Shown here: positions 30,601-37,459 of the stretch, one piece after another | How the letters are laid out: each line of letters starts with the position of its first letter | Numbering within the stretch: position 1 is the first letter of the stretch | Source: Myxococcota bacterium | Lineage (GTDB): Bacteria > Myxococcota_A > UBA9042 > PHBI01 > JAWLBL01 | Direction: 5' to 3' | Length of the DNA stretch: 64,000 bases | Assembly (NCBI GenBank): GCA_041687695.1 | Contig: JAWLBL010000011.1 | Location: 32,001-96,000 of the forward strand | The notes under the pieces: generated by a model | The model's database searches: none | What the model was told of the DNA's origin: nothing | Seen by the model: only the letters and a program-made list of their open reading frames with translations | Translations under genes and position numbers: made by a program

Positions 30601-31303
30601 CGGCGCCCAGGCGCGCGGCCTCGAGCTCGGCGCCGGCCTTCGACGGCGCGGCGGCGCCGGGGCTGACCTGGGCCTCCTGGCGCTGCGCCAGGTGGACGAC
30701 CTCGTGGCCCAGCAGGGCGCGGCCCTCGCGCGTGTCGGGGTCGTAGGCGGTCGGGTGCAGGTAGACCGTGCCGTCGTCCATCAGGCCGTGGGCGCCACGC
30801 GCCTCGGTGCGGCGGGCGGCCTCGGCGTCGGCGCGGACGCGGACGGCGCCCACGTCCAAGCCCAGCGCAGCGGCCAGTCGCTCGAGCAGCTGCGCCGTGC
30901 GCTCGGCGCGGCGGGCGTCCAGATCGATGACGTTGGAGGCGCGCTCGGCCGACTCGCGCTCGGCCACCATGCGGTAGAAGTCGGCGGTCAGCTCGGCGGC
31001 GATCTCGGCCGCCGACGGGCCGCGCAGCGACGGCGCGAACGCCTCGTCGGCGAACTCCTGGCCGGCGACCTCCACGACCGCGCGGTAGATCGCCTCCTTG
31101 TCCGCCCCGGTCACCAGCCCGTGGGCCTCGAGATCGGCCACCCAGAAGCCGATCTGCTCGGGCGCGTGCGCGAAGTCGTGGACCATCTCCGCGAGCTGCG
31201 CCATCAGGAGCTCGCGGCGCTGCTCGCGCTCCGTCTCGAGGGCGAGCTGGCGCTCGCGTTCGGCGTGGAGCAGGTCCAGGCGATCTCTGAGCTCGGTCTT
31301 CAT
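21650..31303 (-). CDS. Giant (3217 aa) DUF4157 / eCIS-core-domain protein with long beta-rich repeat region and hydrophobic C-terminal domain
   Basis: AVRVRADAEAARRTEARGAHGL...VYLHPTAYDPDTREGRALLGHEVVHLAQ...ELEA is a DUF4157 signature; coding-type codon bias; no signal peptide seen. Confidence 0.85.
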   Translation of the reverse strand: MKTELRDRLDLLHAERERQLALETEREQRRELLMAQLAEMVHDFAHAPEQIGFWVADLEAHGLVTGADKEAIYRAVVEVAGQEFADEAFAPSLRGPSAAEIAAELTADFYRMVAERESAERASNVIDLDARRAERTAQLLERLAAALGLDVGAVRVRADAEAARRTEARGAHGLMDDGTVYLHPTAYDPDTREGRALLGHEVVHLAQRQEAQVSPGAAAPSKAGAELEAARLGADFAAGHGISRPTQVLPAMNIAADTDAATAQEQAPAEGTEPGAARPTKLDLTLAGRRIELRLPSDAEETNGRITVRELNLTLLTGVTITEAEVTFDEQWALQTGTLKGAVAIGEHIRMDDVQLEVNADAEITTTITGAQLQLGSALSGTIDLTLGSEGVTGTATLTHDQVTLMPGLTLTSGSLTVALAQDGAISASGELVGAVEHLGTVTFSARFADGAFGGTVTVAMAEPVTLFEGVTLSSGTLTGEYSAEDGFTTTGSLTVTVRDWASATIDASYTHRTGTWSARGTLNQIAPLTYEDVTLTEGQLTLAIENGELTEVGASARLTHPLVEGTVSGTYDVQQQLLSARGEATLRQELPLGDSGAVLKEARGEAVLEANVLTQVALTHARAEVPYEGQPTFDVTVTDCVWRVPENLISGTGNVTTTRQLTFGDAAGLHMVVAEGASAEAQLTDNRVSAINSGLAFTVAEPAGEVGTGTVGFNFDGETGQVSGEGSFTLTAEYGYPDRAAGPVFVKEGATITVTIAESALQTATLTNCEFTVINPASAQGEGADVTMGRVEGTLGGTLDFQTGMLDATGTAQVAAEWPITAEWGTVVFKEGGSIEATITQSRLTSLNGTIPYHADIDGEIPVKLQGELNGQYSGETGAFGGSLSGTLREAVTIPVNGGADQLILLEDSSVRGDMAGSQLTTLTTTVHAEYHRAGALFLEGSIEGGTYDVQNRSVSFEGELTLKQAIERQTEDGRWKFVVQPDTTIGCTVSDNALTRIGGNLRFQIHDVDGPLLEGDLTDANLDLTTWDFSGSFNVVTARDFDHPRATQTQDGEPQDPALQLKVLQGSGVHGTLTNNAFSEVGADLNMVVNLHGQEQARGVLNGTWDMTQDRFSGEGTFTLTQDLVFGGEANTAEGGGTRIEAWHLVFAAGSGITVRVTDNNLDTANVNVQGKLLHQYEEVANGSVNGDYRLGDAEGFSGTVQMTCIAPVAWDESGRFATFIDQGTTFTGVMEQSRVTSANGTFILLFKEQETDKIKVTVTCDYTPEAGVNGTGVVEVVDDVLISDVGTGYKLFLAATSGGEAVIAANALQRVGGTIKLRMDKDEETFATGDFTATYEVSEGESARVDATGQVDLLGRLDVTPEGSPEYRFIVLPGTQVGISVLQSDLEWIDGNVNLSVEDASGEFLSANANGRYTHAQRDFTGTGTVTVTREKELVAWNGYSLKVVEGAGAEIDVRQSALHSLGATIPMRIDDAQGGLVAVELQGTYTHADQRFNGQGTASLLRRVPVAENVAPLNWSYYVEPSTGITAVVTDNDLRELRGNLIASVHDAEGQFVEARGEVVYAREGEAANLTITGSAEFTRDKQMATAGEYAFTITQGSNSLFHVTNNQLDRVGGTIDLRVDKGGAPFATAELVGSYTPAEGFTGEGEAELLVAIEVGTFAGYTLWVDPSTSARVGVVGSEIQSFGGTLNARLVDEEGDFLKIEAEASYDYPGQLFSGTGSAEILNDRRLTALGQDYTAFICRGTGAQGEIRANELQWIAGQINLRLDQGAEPLATGTVEGRWEATNNIFSGEGDFSLVRDYVLTASGVDAANGRFESYSLVFCQGASLRVSVAENAFDYAQIDIGAKLLHNADEVANGSVNGRYKVGDAEGFSGNVTFNVIREIAWEESGRFHTFIGEGTNFSGSAAQSRITEVNGTFILIAKEATEPKVRVTLQTSYVAGGGLNASGQIEVVGDILISEAGEGYSIWLATGSGGTARVEESQLVHLGGTLKLRVDKDAQAFATGDFSAEYNVADGQNAIIDAEGTVTLLGAIDMSPEGVGDRNWHFWLTGGTGVSLKITQSALDWVEGTVNVRVDEGTSPAIECTVNGRYTAGPTPDLDVTGEARAVRPIDLGVRYEGYQLWLNEGAGAQISVQDMQLHSLSANIPLLIKTPEALDLIDIQLQGTYTHADQMFSGSGSATLLRQFLVADNVGAQGYSFYLEPGTGLTATVEQNVLTQATGTLNVGIHDAQGEFLRASGDATYSNQEGGQITRASATLQVTREKQMLTTAAGYVAWLEVTSGAHIEVTNNNVDELSGTLNVRVDNAQGPFARVALEGRYTEAEGFNGSGTASLLQEYQVATVGEYTLKALPGTGANITLVSSDITTIGGTVNARIDDATGPFVQIEATATYDFPGANFTGNGSAEVLRDKQLASLGGQNLFLCRGTGATASVLNNSLQTVGGQINLRLEDEQGAYLTVRLGGSFDAAGGTGFTGSGEARITRDKRLAQIGSYEFWLAVGAGATAHIENNALTRVDGSVPFKIMDGEAEPLLTGSANGTYDAETKKFDGNGNIRLGRDIEYTLGSNTVLKLKRGSGGNGEVVQSELRRLGGTLNCELWTDGRPLISLNADGMYNAVTNTLEYVDGSATMMRPFELLGGNVRVERLSGRARVENNRLVSAGGSGAIVIPPLNNMRGTFNLNWRNDGTRDIYSGSGTLDFTLLNDPRTGRRIGGRVSATYNEDNTFRIAGTVDYAINRMISGTLGVEVDQTLDPVLSGSLSVSQVPLVQARDLFSTKFDLLPKQSIVLFPGVNLDLGIAAGMGLGMEALTFSTTIGVSNFRPLRGNIPDFEALLQLNWGLNAQAAVMAYAGLSVGVPGLNAGVGIEGEVRLNAPVRVQPYGVLRGRAGKYSGELGVGVTLAPTLDLYARPYLQATLGREFRHNLTEWHKPLGELFRFEWGKTYKFGDDPASAEPRAAAQRPAFPPATRNAEARTSESSARNIVPEASSAANNVQDGPQLESGQQMSQQAQQGGNRENPLGQLQQHIDRIKIIAEGVGAAFRLIRLLTDIVRVGLTYGPAGVLIYIIWKVICGDISFDGIKRDIQAFLRAAATILELIEPYMPDWWSSIKGFFSGPRPGLLSAFFGADDQMRAAVRRGDHRHAVPEMRGKMIDEMIKGWCGEADQECIITVLEHSARAGDIGRVVTHAGGPNRILRAVDGREDDRARQLFRNNGISW

Positions 31304-31531
31304 GGCAACCTCGCGCTCGGTGCGGGCTCTCCGCGGGACGACCGGCGACCCAAGTGGGGACGGCCGACCCCACCTGAGACTCCAGTCTCCAGTTGTCCTC
31401 GGCCCGGCGCTGGGTTCGCCGGGCCGCGTCGCGTCGGGCTGATCCCCCGATCACGACCCTGGCGCCGCCGGCCCGCTGGGGTCTGGCGACGCTCGCGCCG
31501 GCCTCTGGGAGCCGGCGCGGGAGGGAACGAG

Positions 31532-31546
31532 GCAAGCTTCGTTCCA
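31532..31546 (-). promoter_or_regulatory. sigma54 (-24/-12) promoter candidate upstream of the giant DUF4157 gene
   Basis: Minus strand TGGAACGAAGCTTGC = GG-N10-GC, one mismatch to TGGCACG-N4-TTGC, correctly oriented. Confidence 0.6.
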
Positions 31547-31629
31547 GATCGTTTTCCGGGCCGGATGGTCACCCGAGATCGGGCCGGAACACAAGGCGAC
31601 CGGGACGCGAAGGGGTAGGGCGGTGTTCG

Positions 31630-31835
31630 AGGCCGTGGCCGGATCCGTGGCCGAGGCCGGGTCCGTGGCCGTGGCCGGGTCCGTCGCCGTGGCCGTGGCC
31701 GTGGTCGTGGCCGTGGCCGTGGCCGGGTCCGTGGCCGGGTCCGTCGCCGTGGCCGTGGCCGGATCCGTGGCCGGATCCGTGGCCGAGGCCGTGGCCGGAT
31801 CCGTGGCCGTGGTCCGTGGCGGAGGCCGTGGCCGC
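31630..31835. repeat. Intergenic degenerate hexamer tract (CCGTGG/CCGGAT/CCGAGG/CCGGGT)
   Basis: More than 30 phased hexamers immediately downstream of the AAA gene stop. Confidence 0.9.
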
Positions 31836-31850
31836 GTTGAGGGCCGAGCC

Positions 31851-33992
31851 TCAGCCCACCCCAGGCCGGGCGTTCGAGCGGTCCTCGCCCTCCTCGAAGT
31901 GGACCTCGGTGCCGGCCATGGTGTTGGTGACGGGCGGCTTGTAGTTGGGGTCGCGGGTGACCTTGCCGGCGGCCTTGTACTCGTCGCGGCAGGCGTCGAG
32001 GAGGATGGCCTGGGTGATCTCGTCGCCGTCCTCGCAGGCCCAGTAGGCCGCGCGCAGCAGGGCGTTCTTGATCATGCCGCCCGTCATCTCGAAGCGCTTG
32101 GCGATGGCGCCGAAGTCGACGTCGCCCGCGAGGGGCGCCTCGGGCGGGCACAGGGTCTCCCAGATGAGGCGGCGCTGGTCGACGTCGGGCTCCTCGAAGG
32201 TGACGCGGAACTGGATGCGGCGGATGAGGGCGCGGTCGAGGGAGCCATAGAAGTTTGTGGTCAGGATGACGATGCCGGGGAAGCGCTCGATCTCCTGCAG
32301 CAGCAGGTTCACTTCCATGTTGGCGTAGCGGTCGGTCGCGCTCTTCGTCTCGGCCGAGCGGGCGGCGAAGAGCGAGTCGGCCTCGTCGAACAGCAGCATC
32401 GCGTGGCTGATGCGCGCCTGCTGAAAGATCTGCTTGATGTGCTTTTCCGTCTCGCCCACCCACTTCGAGACGACCTCGGGCAGGTTCACGCGGTACAGCG
32501 GGCGGTCGAACTCGCCGGCGATGATCTCGGCGCAGAAGGTCTTGCCGGTACCCGGCGGGCCGTCGAACAGGCAGGTGATGCCCTTGCCGGTCACGAGTTT
32601 TTTGCCGAAGCCCCACTTGTTGAGGACCGTCGCCTGGTTGCGGATGGCGGCGATGATCTCGCCGACCTTCTTCTGCGCGTCGTCGGGCAGCACGATGTCG
32701 CGCAGCCGCATGTGCGTCGTCGTGCGGACCGTCAGGTCCTCGAGCGCGTAGCGCAGCTGCGAGCGGCAGCCCTCGTCGAGCAGCGCCATCGTGAGTTGGG
32801 GCTTCTTGGGGTTGCGCGCCAGCGCTCGGTTGACCGCCACCAGGATGGCGTTCTTGATGGTGCCGCCCGGGAAGTCGTAGATGTTGGCCAGCACGTCCAG
32901 ATCGATGTCGGTCGACAGCGGCACCTCGGGCGGCAGGTGCACCTCCCAGATCTGCCGGCGCAGCGCCGCGTCGGGCAGCTCGAACGGCAGGTGGTAGATG
33001 ATGCGCCGCTCGAGCGCGTCGTCGAGCAGATCCGGGTGGTTGGTCGTCAGGACGCAGATGCCCTGGAAGTCCTCGATGGCCTTGAACGCCGCCGCCTTGC
33101 GCTTGTCGTGCTTGGCCACCAGGGCCTCGCACTCGTCGATGAGCACGACCGCGTCGCGCATGGACGCCTCGTTGAAGACGTCGCGCAAGGTCCCGTCGAC
33201 GTTGTCCTTTTCGGGCAGGTCGGCGGCCGAAAGGAAGAGCAGCGGCCGCTTGAGGTGCGCCGCCAGCGCCTGCGCCAGCAGGGTCTTGCCCGTGCCGCTC
33301 GGCCCGGAGAACAGGAACGTCAGCCCGCGCCCGTAGGGCAGCACCTGGTCGAACCCCCAGTCGCTGATGACCTCGCGATACCGGGTGTGCTGCTCGACCA
33401 GCTCGCGCACCTGCCGCAGCTGCTCGGCCGGCAGGATGACGTTCAGCAGCGACACGCCGGGCCGCTCGAGCCGCGCCAGCTTGCTGACGGTCTCGCCCAG
33501 CTCGTCCTCGCCCAGCACGAAGCGCAGGGTGGGGGGCGTAATCTCGAGATAGCGCGCCAGCAAGGCGTCCGGCGCTCCCAGCTCGGTCCGCGACAGGCTG
33601 ATGAGCTGGTTCTTCACCAGCCGCGACGACGGCAAGAACGCCTTGCGCGCGTTCATCCGCTCGGCCGCGGTCCGGCAGAACTGGTCGACGACCACGCGGA
33701 CCGTGACGCTGCGCGAGAACATCTCGCGCCCGAGCCGCGCCAGGATCTGCGACATCTTCGGCTCGGTGTGGCACGCCGTGGCGAGCATCAGGCACTTGAG
33801 CTCGAACCCGTCCAGCCGGAAGCGCTTCGCCAGCTGCGCCAGCGGGATCTCGCTCGCGCGCAGCCGCGCCTCGAACGCCTCCCAGCGCGCGCGCGCGCCC
33901 TCCACCGGGGCGTCACCGTTCGCGCTCAACCACTCGCCCATGGCCGAGACCCCCTCGCAGAGGATCTCCTGGTTCAAGCTGCTCGCGTCCAT
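31851..33992 (-). CDS. Afp15/Pvc15-like AAA+ ATPase with two ATPase domains
   Basis: N-terminal LAKRFRLDGFELKCLMLA; D1 GPSGTGKT / VLIDECE; D2 GPPGTGKT / VVSKWVGETEK / LLFDEADSLF / DRYANMEVNLLLQEIE / ILTTN. Confidence 0.85.
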   Translation of the reverse strand: MDASSLNQEILCEGVSAMGEWLSANGDAPVEGARARWEAFEARLRASEIPLAQLAKRFRLDGFELKCLMLATACHTEPKMSQILARLGREMFSRSVTVRVVVDQFCRTAAERMNARKAFLPSSRLVKNQLISLSRTELGAPDALLARYLEITPPTLRFVLGEDELGETVSKLARLERPGVSLLNVILPAEQLRQVRELVEQHTRYREVISDWGFDQVLPYGRGLTFLFSGPSGTGKTLLAQALAAHLKRPLLFLSAADLPEKDNVDGTLRDVFNEASMRDAVVLIDECEALVAKHDKRKAAAFKAIEDFQGICVLTTNHPDLLDDALERRIIYHLPFELPDAALRRQIWEVHLPPEVPLSTDIDLDVLANIYDFPGGTIKNAILVAVNRALARNPKKPQLTMALLDEGCRSQLRYALEDLTVRTTTHMRLRDIVLPDDAQKKVGEIIAAIRNQATVLNKWGFGKKLVTGKGITCLFDGPPGTGKTFCAEIIAGEFDRPLYRVNLPEVVSKWVGETEKHIKQIFQQARISHAMLLFDEADSLFAARSAETKSATDRYANMEVNLLLQEIERFPGIVILTTNFYGSLDRALIRRIQFRVTFEEPDVDQRRLIWETLCPPEAPLAGDVDFGAIAKRFEMTGGMIKNALLRAAYWACEDGDEITQAILLDACRDEYKAAGKVTRDPNYKPPVTNTMAGTEVHFEEGEDRSNARPGVG

Positions 33993-34122
33993 GCCACCGC
34001 CCGAAGCCACCCGCACGTCGTCCCACGCCAGTCGCGCGCCCCCTCGGACCCGCCCGGCGCCGCGTATCCTCTCCCGGCCGCCGACCCGGCGCAAGGTGGG
34101 CGCCGACGCGGCCCTCGCCGCG

Positions 34123-35451
34123 CTATCTCAGCGGAATCGAACGGATCCAGCGGATCGCCGTCGGGTCCTTGGTCAGCCCGCGCGCCTCGGCGACCAGGCC
34201 CTCGCACTGCTCGGCCGTCAGCCTCGCGTCCAGCGCCGACAGGTCGTAGGCGATGCCGTACTTGGGGAAGTCGATGTGCGCCGAGCGCAGGTTGCTGAGG
34301 CCCGCGTTGTAGATGGCGTCGTCGACCGCCTTCTTGGTCCCGCGCTTGTCGACGTGCACGACCGCCAGGATGCTGCCGGCGTCCTCGGGATCGAAGTTGA
34401 TCTCGGCCCGCGGGTTGAACACGCAGTTGCGGAACATCCCGAACTCGCTGAACAGCCGCGTCGTCTTGGCCATGTAGCGCGCGATGCGGGGCTGCGCCTC
34501 CTGGGTGGCGGCGCCGATGTGCGGGGTCGCGAACACGCGCGGCTCGCCCTCGTAGGGGTTGACCCACTTGCTGGTCGCCGCCTCGCCCGGCTCCTCGGGG
34601 AAGACGTCGGTCATGGCATAGGACACCAGCCCCTCGGACACCGCCCGCCGCAGCACCTCGGGGTCGACCACCACGCCGCGCGCCAGGTTGATGAACAGGC
34701 GCGGGCTCAGCTCGGGCTTGTCCGCGAAGGCGCGGAAGTGCTCGTAGGTCACCAGGTTCCGGTTGACCTGCCCGTGGAGATCCTCGGCCGAGACGTGCAC
34801 GCTGACGAAGTCGGACATGCGGAAGAGCTCGTCGATGCTCTTGCACGCGCGGTAGCCCATCGCGCGGCCCACCTCGCGCGGCACGTCGGCCGTGTCGTGG
34901 AAGTAGATCTCCATGCCGAGCGCCTGCCCGAGCTGCGCCACCTGCCGGCCGATGTTGCCCATCCCCAAAAGGCCCAGGCGCTTGCCCGCGACCTCGTAGC
35001 GCGCCTTGTTGTCCTTCTTCCAGACCGAGTGGCTCATCTCGGAGACCGAGTCGAACAGGCGCCGCGACATCACGACCAGCAGCCCCATGACCATCTCGGC
35101 CACCGAGCGCCCGTTCGAGATGGGGTCGTTCATGACGAGCACGCCCTGGCGCGCGCAGGCCTCCTTGTCGACCGAGTCGTCGCCGATGCAGCACAGCATC
35201 ACGGCGGCGAGGCGCTCGCTGGCCTGCACCACCCGCTCGGTGATGAGCACCTTGCTGCGCTTGAAGACGAGATCGTGCTGGCCCTCGCTGAGCAGGCGGA
35301 CCAGCTCGTCCTCGCTGGGCGCGTCGGCCACGCGGTGGGGCTCGATGCCCATCTCGCGCAGCTCGGCGTCGAGCAGCGGGTCCGGGTTCTCGATGATGAG
35401 AGCGCGTTTGAACGGGCCTTCGTGACGACGCGGCAGGTTGGGTTGCGACAA
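34123..35451 (-). CDS. serA: D-3-phosphoglycerate dehydrogenase (2-hydroxyacid dehydrogenase with ACT-like tail)
   Basis: KRSK, CCIGDDSVD, SNGRSVAE, GLLGMGNIG, INLARG, DVFPEEP, TPHIGAATQEAQ. Confidence 0.82.
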   Translation of the reverse strand: MSQPNLPRRHEGPFKRALIIENPDPLLDAELREMGIEPHRVADAPSEDELVRLLSEGQHDLVFKRSKVLITERVVQASERLAAVMLCCIGDDSVDKEACARQGVLVMNDPISNGRSVAEMVMGLLVVMSRRLFDSVSEMSHSVWKKDNKARYEVAGKRLGLLGMGNIGRQVAQLGQALGMEIYFHDTADVPREVGRAMGYRACKSIDELFRMSDFVSVHVSAEDLHGQVNRNLVTYEHFRAFADKPELSPRLFINLARGVVVDPEVLRRAVSEGLVSYAMTDVFPEEPGEAATSKWVNPYEGEPRVFATPHIGAATQEAQPRIARYMAKTTRLFSEFGMFRNCVFNPRAEINFDPEDAGSILAVVHVDKRGTKKAVDDAIYNAGLSNLRSAHIDFPKYGIAYDLSALDARLTAEQCEGLVAEARGLTKDPTAIRWIRSIPLR

Positions 35452-35588
35452 CGCAGGGCTCCTTGGGCCGTGAGGCGGCGCATCCTAGCGCCCGCGGCGC
35501 GGGCTGTCAGCCTTGACGCGCTGTCGCGCCGGCCCGTGGCAGGGGGCGTTATTGGCACCCGCGGCGGAGCCGTGCTTAGGTCTGCGGC

Positions 35589-36977
35589 GTGAGCGCCTCC
35601 GAACTCTGGTCCGCCACCTGGCCCTGGCTCTGGCCCACGGCCCTGCTCGCCGCCTGGATCGCCGTCAGCCTCGTTGGCGTGCGCCGGCTGCTGCGGTGGC
35701 TCGAGCGCCGCTCGACGGGTAGCTCCACCCTGAGCGAGCGGTTCGTCCGACGGGCGCGCCAGGTGCTGGTCGGCGCGGCCGTCGCCGTGGGCGTCGTGCT
35801 GTGGGGCATCGTCGTCCCGACGTCCGACGCCGTCACGCGCTTCCTGGTCCGCGACGTCCAGCCGTGGCTGTGGCCCACCGTCGCGCTGGCCGTCTGGCTG
35901 GTCGGGATGCACGCCGCGACCCGCCGCGCCATCGCCTGGCTCGAGCAGCGCACACAACGCACCACCAACCAACTCGACGACGCCTTCACCACCGCCCTCG
36001 CGCGCCCGCTGTCGTGGCTGGTCGCCCTGGTCGGCGTCGCCGTCTGGGCCGATCTCGTGCCGCTCCCTGCCGGCGCGACGAGCTACGTCGAGCTGGGCAG
36101 CAAGGCCGTCGCCGTCCTGGTCCTCATCATCTTCGCCGACGGGTTCGTCCAGGCCTGGATGACCCGCCGCGCGATGCACTCGAAGGTCCTCGCGACCAGC
36201 GGCGGCGTGCTCCGCTCGGGCGCCCGCCTGCTCATCTGGGTGCTCGGCCTGCTGATGATCATCTCGACGATGGGCATCGACATCACGCCCATCCTCGCCT
36301 CGCTGGGCCTGGGCTCGCTGGCCATCGGCCTCGCCCTCAAGAACACCCTCGAGGACTTCTTCGCGGGCCTGCTGCTCGCCGCCGACCAGGCCATCCGCGT
36401 GGGCGACTTCGTCGACATCGAGTCCGGCCAGGGCGGCTGGGTCCTGTCCATCGGCTGGCGCACGACGCGCCTGCGCACGCGCGACGACATCCACGTCATC
36501 GTCCCCAACTCCAAGCTCTCCCAGTCCACCCTGTTCAACCGCAGCCTGCCGCAGAGCGAGGTCAGCTTCACGGTCGACGTCGGCGTCCACTACGCGAGCG
36601 ATCTCGACCACGTGGCCCGCGTCGCCCGCGAGGTCGCCAAGGACGTGATCACGACCAGCCCCAAGGCCGTGGCGCAGTTCGAGCCGCGGGTCGTCTACGG
36701 CGAGTTCGGCGACTCGAGCATCAACTTCCGCGTCTGGCTGCGGGCCCGCTCGTGGGACGATCACTTCGGCCTGCGCGACGCCTTCATCCGCGCCCTGCAC
36801 CCCCGGTTCCAGGCCGAGGGCATCGTCATCCCGTTCCCGATCCGCACCCTGGACGTCCCGGCGGGCACGCGCGTGCAGATCGAGCGCGTCGAGACCCGGC
36901 CAGAAGGCGCGTCGTCGTCCGATCGGCCGCGGGCCGAGGCCTCGGCCCCGCCAACTAACGGTGGCGGTGTCGGGTGA
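35589..36977 (+). CDS. mscS: Small-conductance mechanosensitive channel (MscS family) with extra N-terminal TM segments
   Basis: ASLGLGSLAIGLAL, IRVGDFV, IGWRTTRLRT, IVPNSKL, FGDSSINF, GIVIPFP. Confidence 0.92.
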   Translation: MSASELWSATWPWLWPTALLAAWIAVSLVGVRRLLRWLERRSTGSSTLSERFVRRARQVLVGAAVAVGVVLWGIVVPTSDAVTRFLVRDVQPWLWPTVALAVWLVGMHAATRRAIAWLEQRTQRTTNQLDDAFTTALARPLSWLVALVGVAVWADLVPLPAGATSYVELGSKAVAVLVLIIFADGFVQAWMTRRAMHSKVLATSGGVLRSGARLLIWVLGLLMIISTMGIDITPILASLGLGSLAIGLALKNTLEDFFAGLLLAADQAIRVGDFVDIESGQGGWVLSIGWRTTRLRTRDDIHVIVPNSKLSQSTLFNRSLPQSEVSFTVDVGVHYASDLDHVARVAREVAKDVITTSPKAVAQFEPRVVYGEFGDSSINFRVWLRARSWDDHFGLRDAFIRALHPRFQAEGIVIPFPIRTLDVPAGTRVQIERVETRPEGASSSDRPRAEASAPPTNGGGVG

Positions 36978-37422
36978 CCAGCTCCTCGGGCAGCTCGCTC
37001 GCGACCAGGAAGATGAGCGTGAACAGGCGCCGCGCCAGCCGGTGCTCGAGCTGCACGAAGCCCGACAGCGCCCGCTGGAGCATCTCGCCGGCCTCGTCGT
37101 GGACGAGCTTCTTGGCGTAGTCGAGCGTCTCGAGCTGCCGCATGCCATAGGCGTTGTCGCCGTAGCGGACCAGCTGCTCGATGACGTGGCGGTACTCGCG
37201 GAAGTGTGGCCGCAGCGCCTCGTGGCGCACCGCCAGGCGCAGCGGCTCGCAGACTTCCTCGGGGTGGATGGCGATCTCGACCCCGGCCTCGTGACGGAAC
37301 ACCGTCAGCGTCGGCGGCTGCCCGTCGCAGTCGCCGTTGAGGTCCATCAGGGCCATGCGCCACTCGCGCTCGCGCTCGGGCGTCGCGGCGGCGTACAGGG
37401 TGGGGTCGAGCCGAAACTTCAC
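36955..37422 (-). CDS. UPF0262 family protein
   Basis: REREWRMALMDL, LRPHFREY, KLVHDEAGEML, ARRLFTLI. Confidence 0.75.
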   Translation of the reverse strand: MKFRLDPTLYAAATPEREREWRMALMDLNGDCDGQPPTLTVFRHEAGVEIAIHPEEVCEPLRLAVRHEALRPHFREYRHVIEQLVRYGDNAYGMRQLETLDYAKKLVHDEAGEMLQRALSGFVQLEHRLARRLFTLIFLVASELPEELVTRHRHR

Positions 37423-37459
37423 GCCGGAACCTCTTCGGTGGCGTCTGTGGCGTCGTCGC

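Noticed and set aside
21584..31618. 3344-aa plus-strand ORF (and the 1616-aa minus-strand alternative frame 26685..31535)
   Set aside because: Antisense or frame shadow of the real DUF4157 gene. High GC3 removes stops, and the translation has no motifs.
17558..34000. Complete eCIS/T6SS or prophage locus
   Set aside because: No sheath, tube, baseplate, spike, capsid or integrase genes are recognisable anywhere in the window.
31623..34298. Plus-strand ORF beginning with (VAGSVA)n repeats
   Set aside because: Produced by the hexamer tract plus the antisense of the AAA gene; no RBS or domain support.
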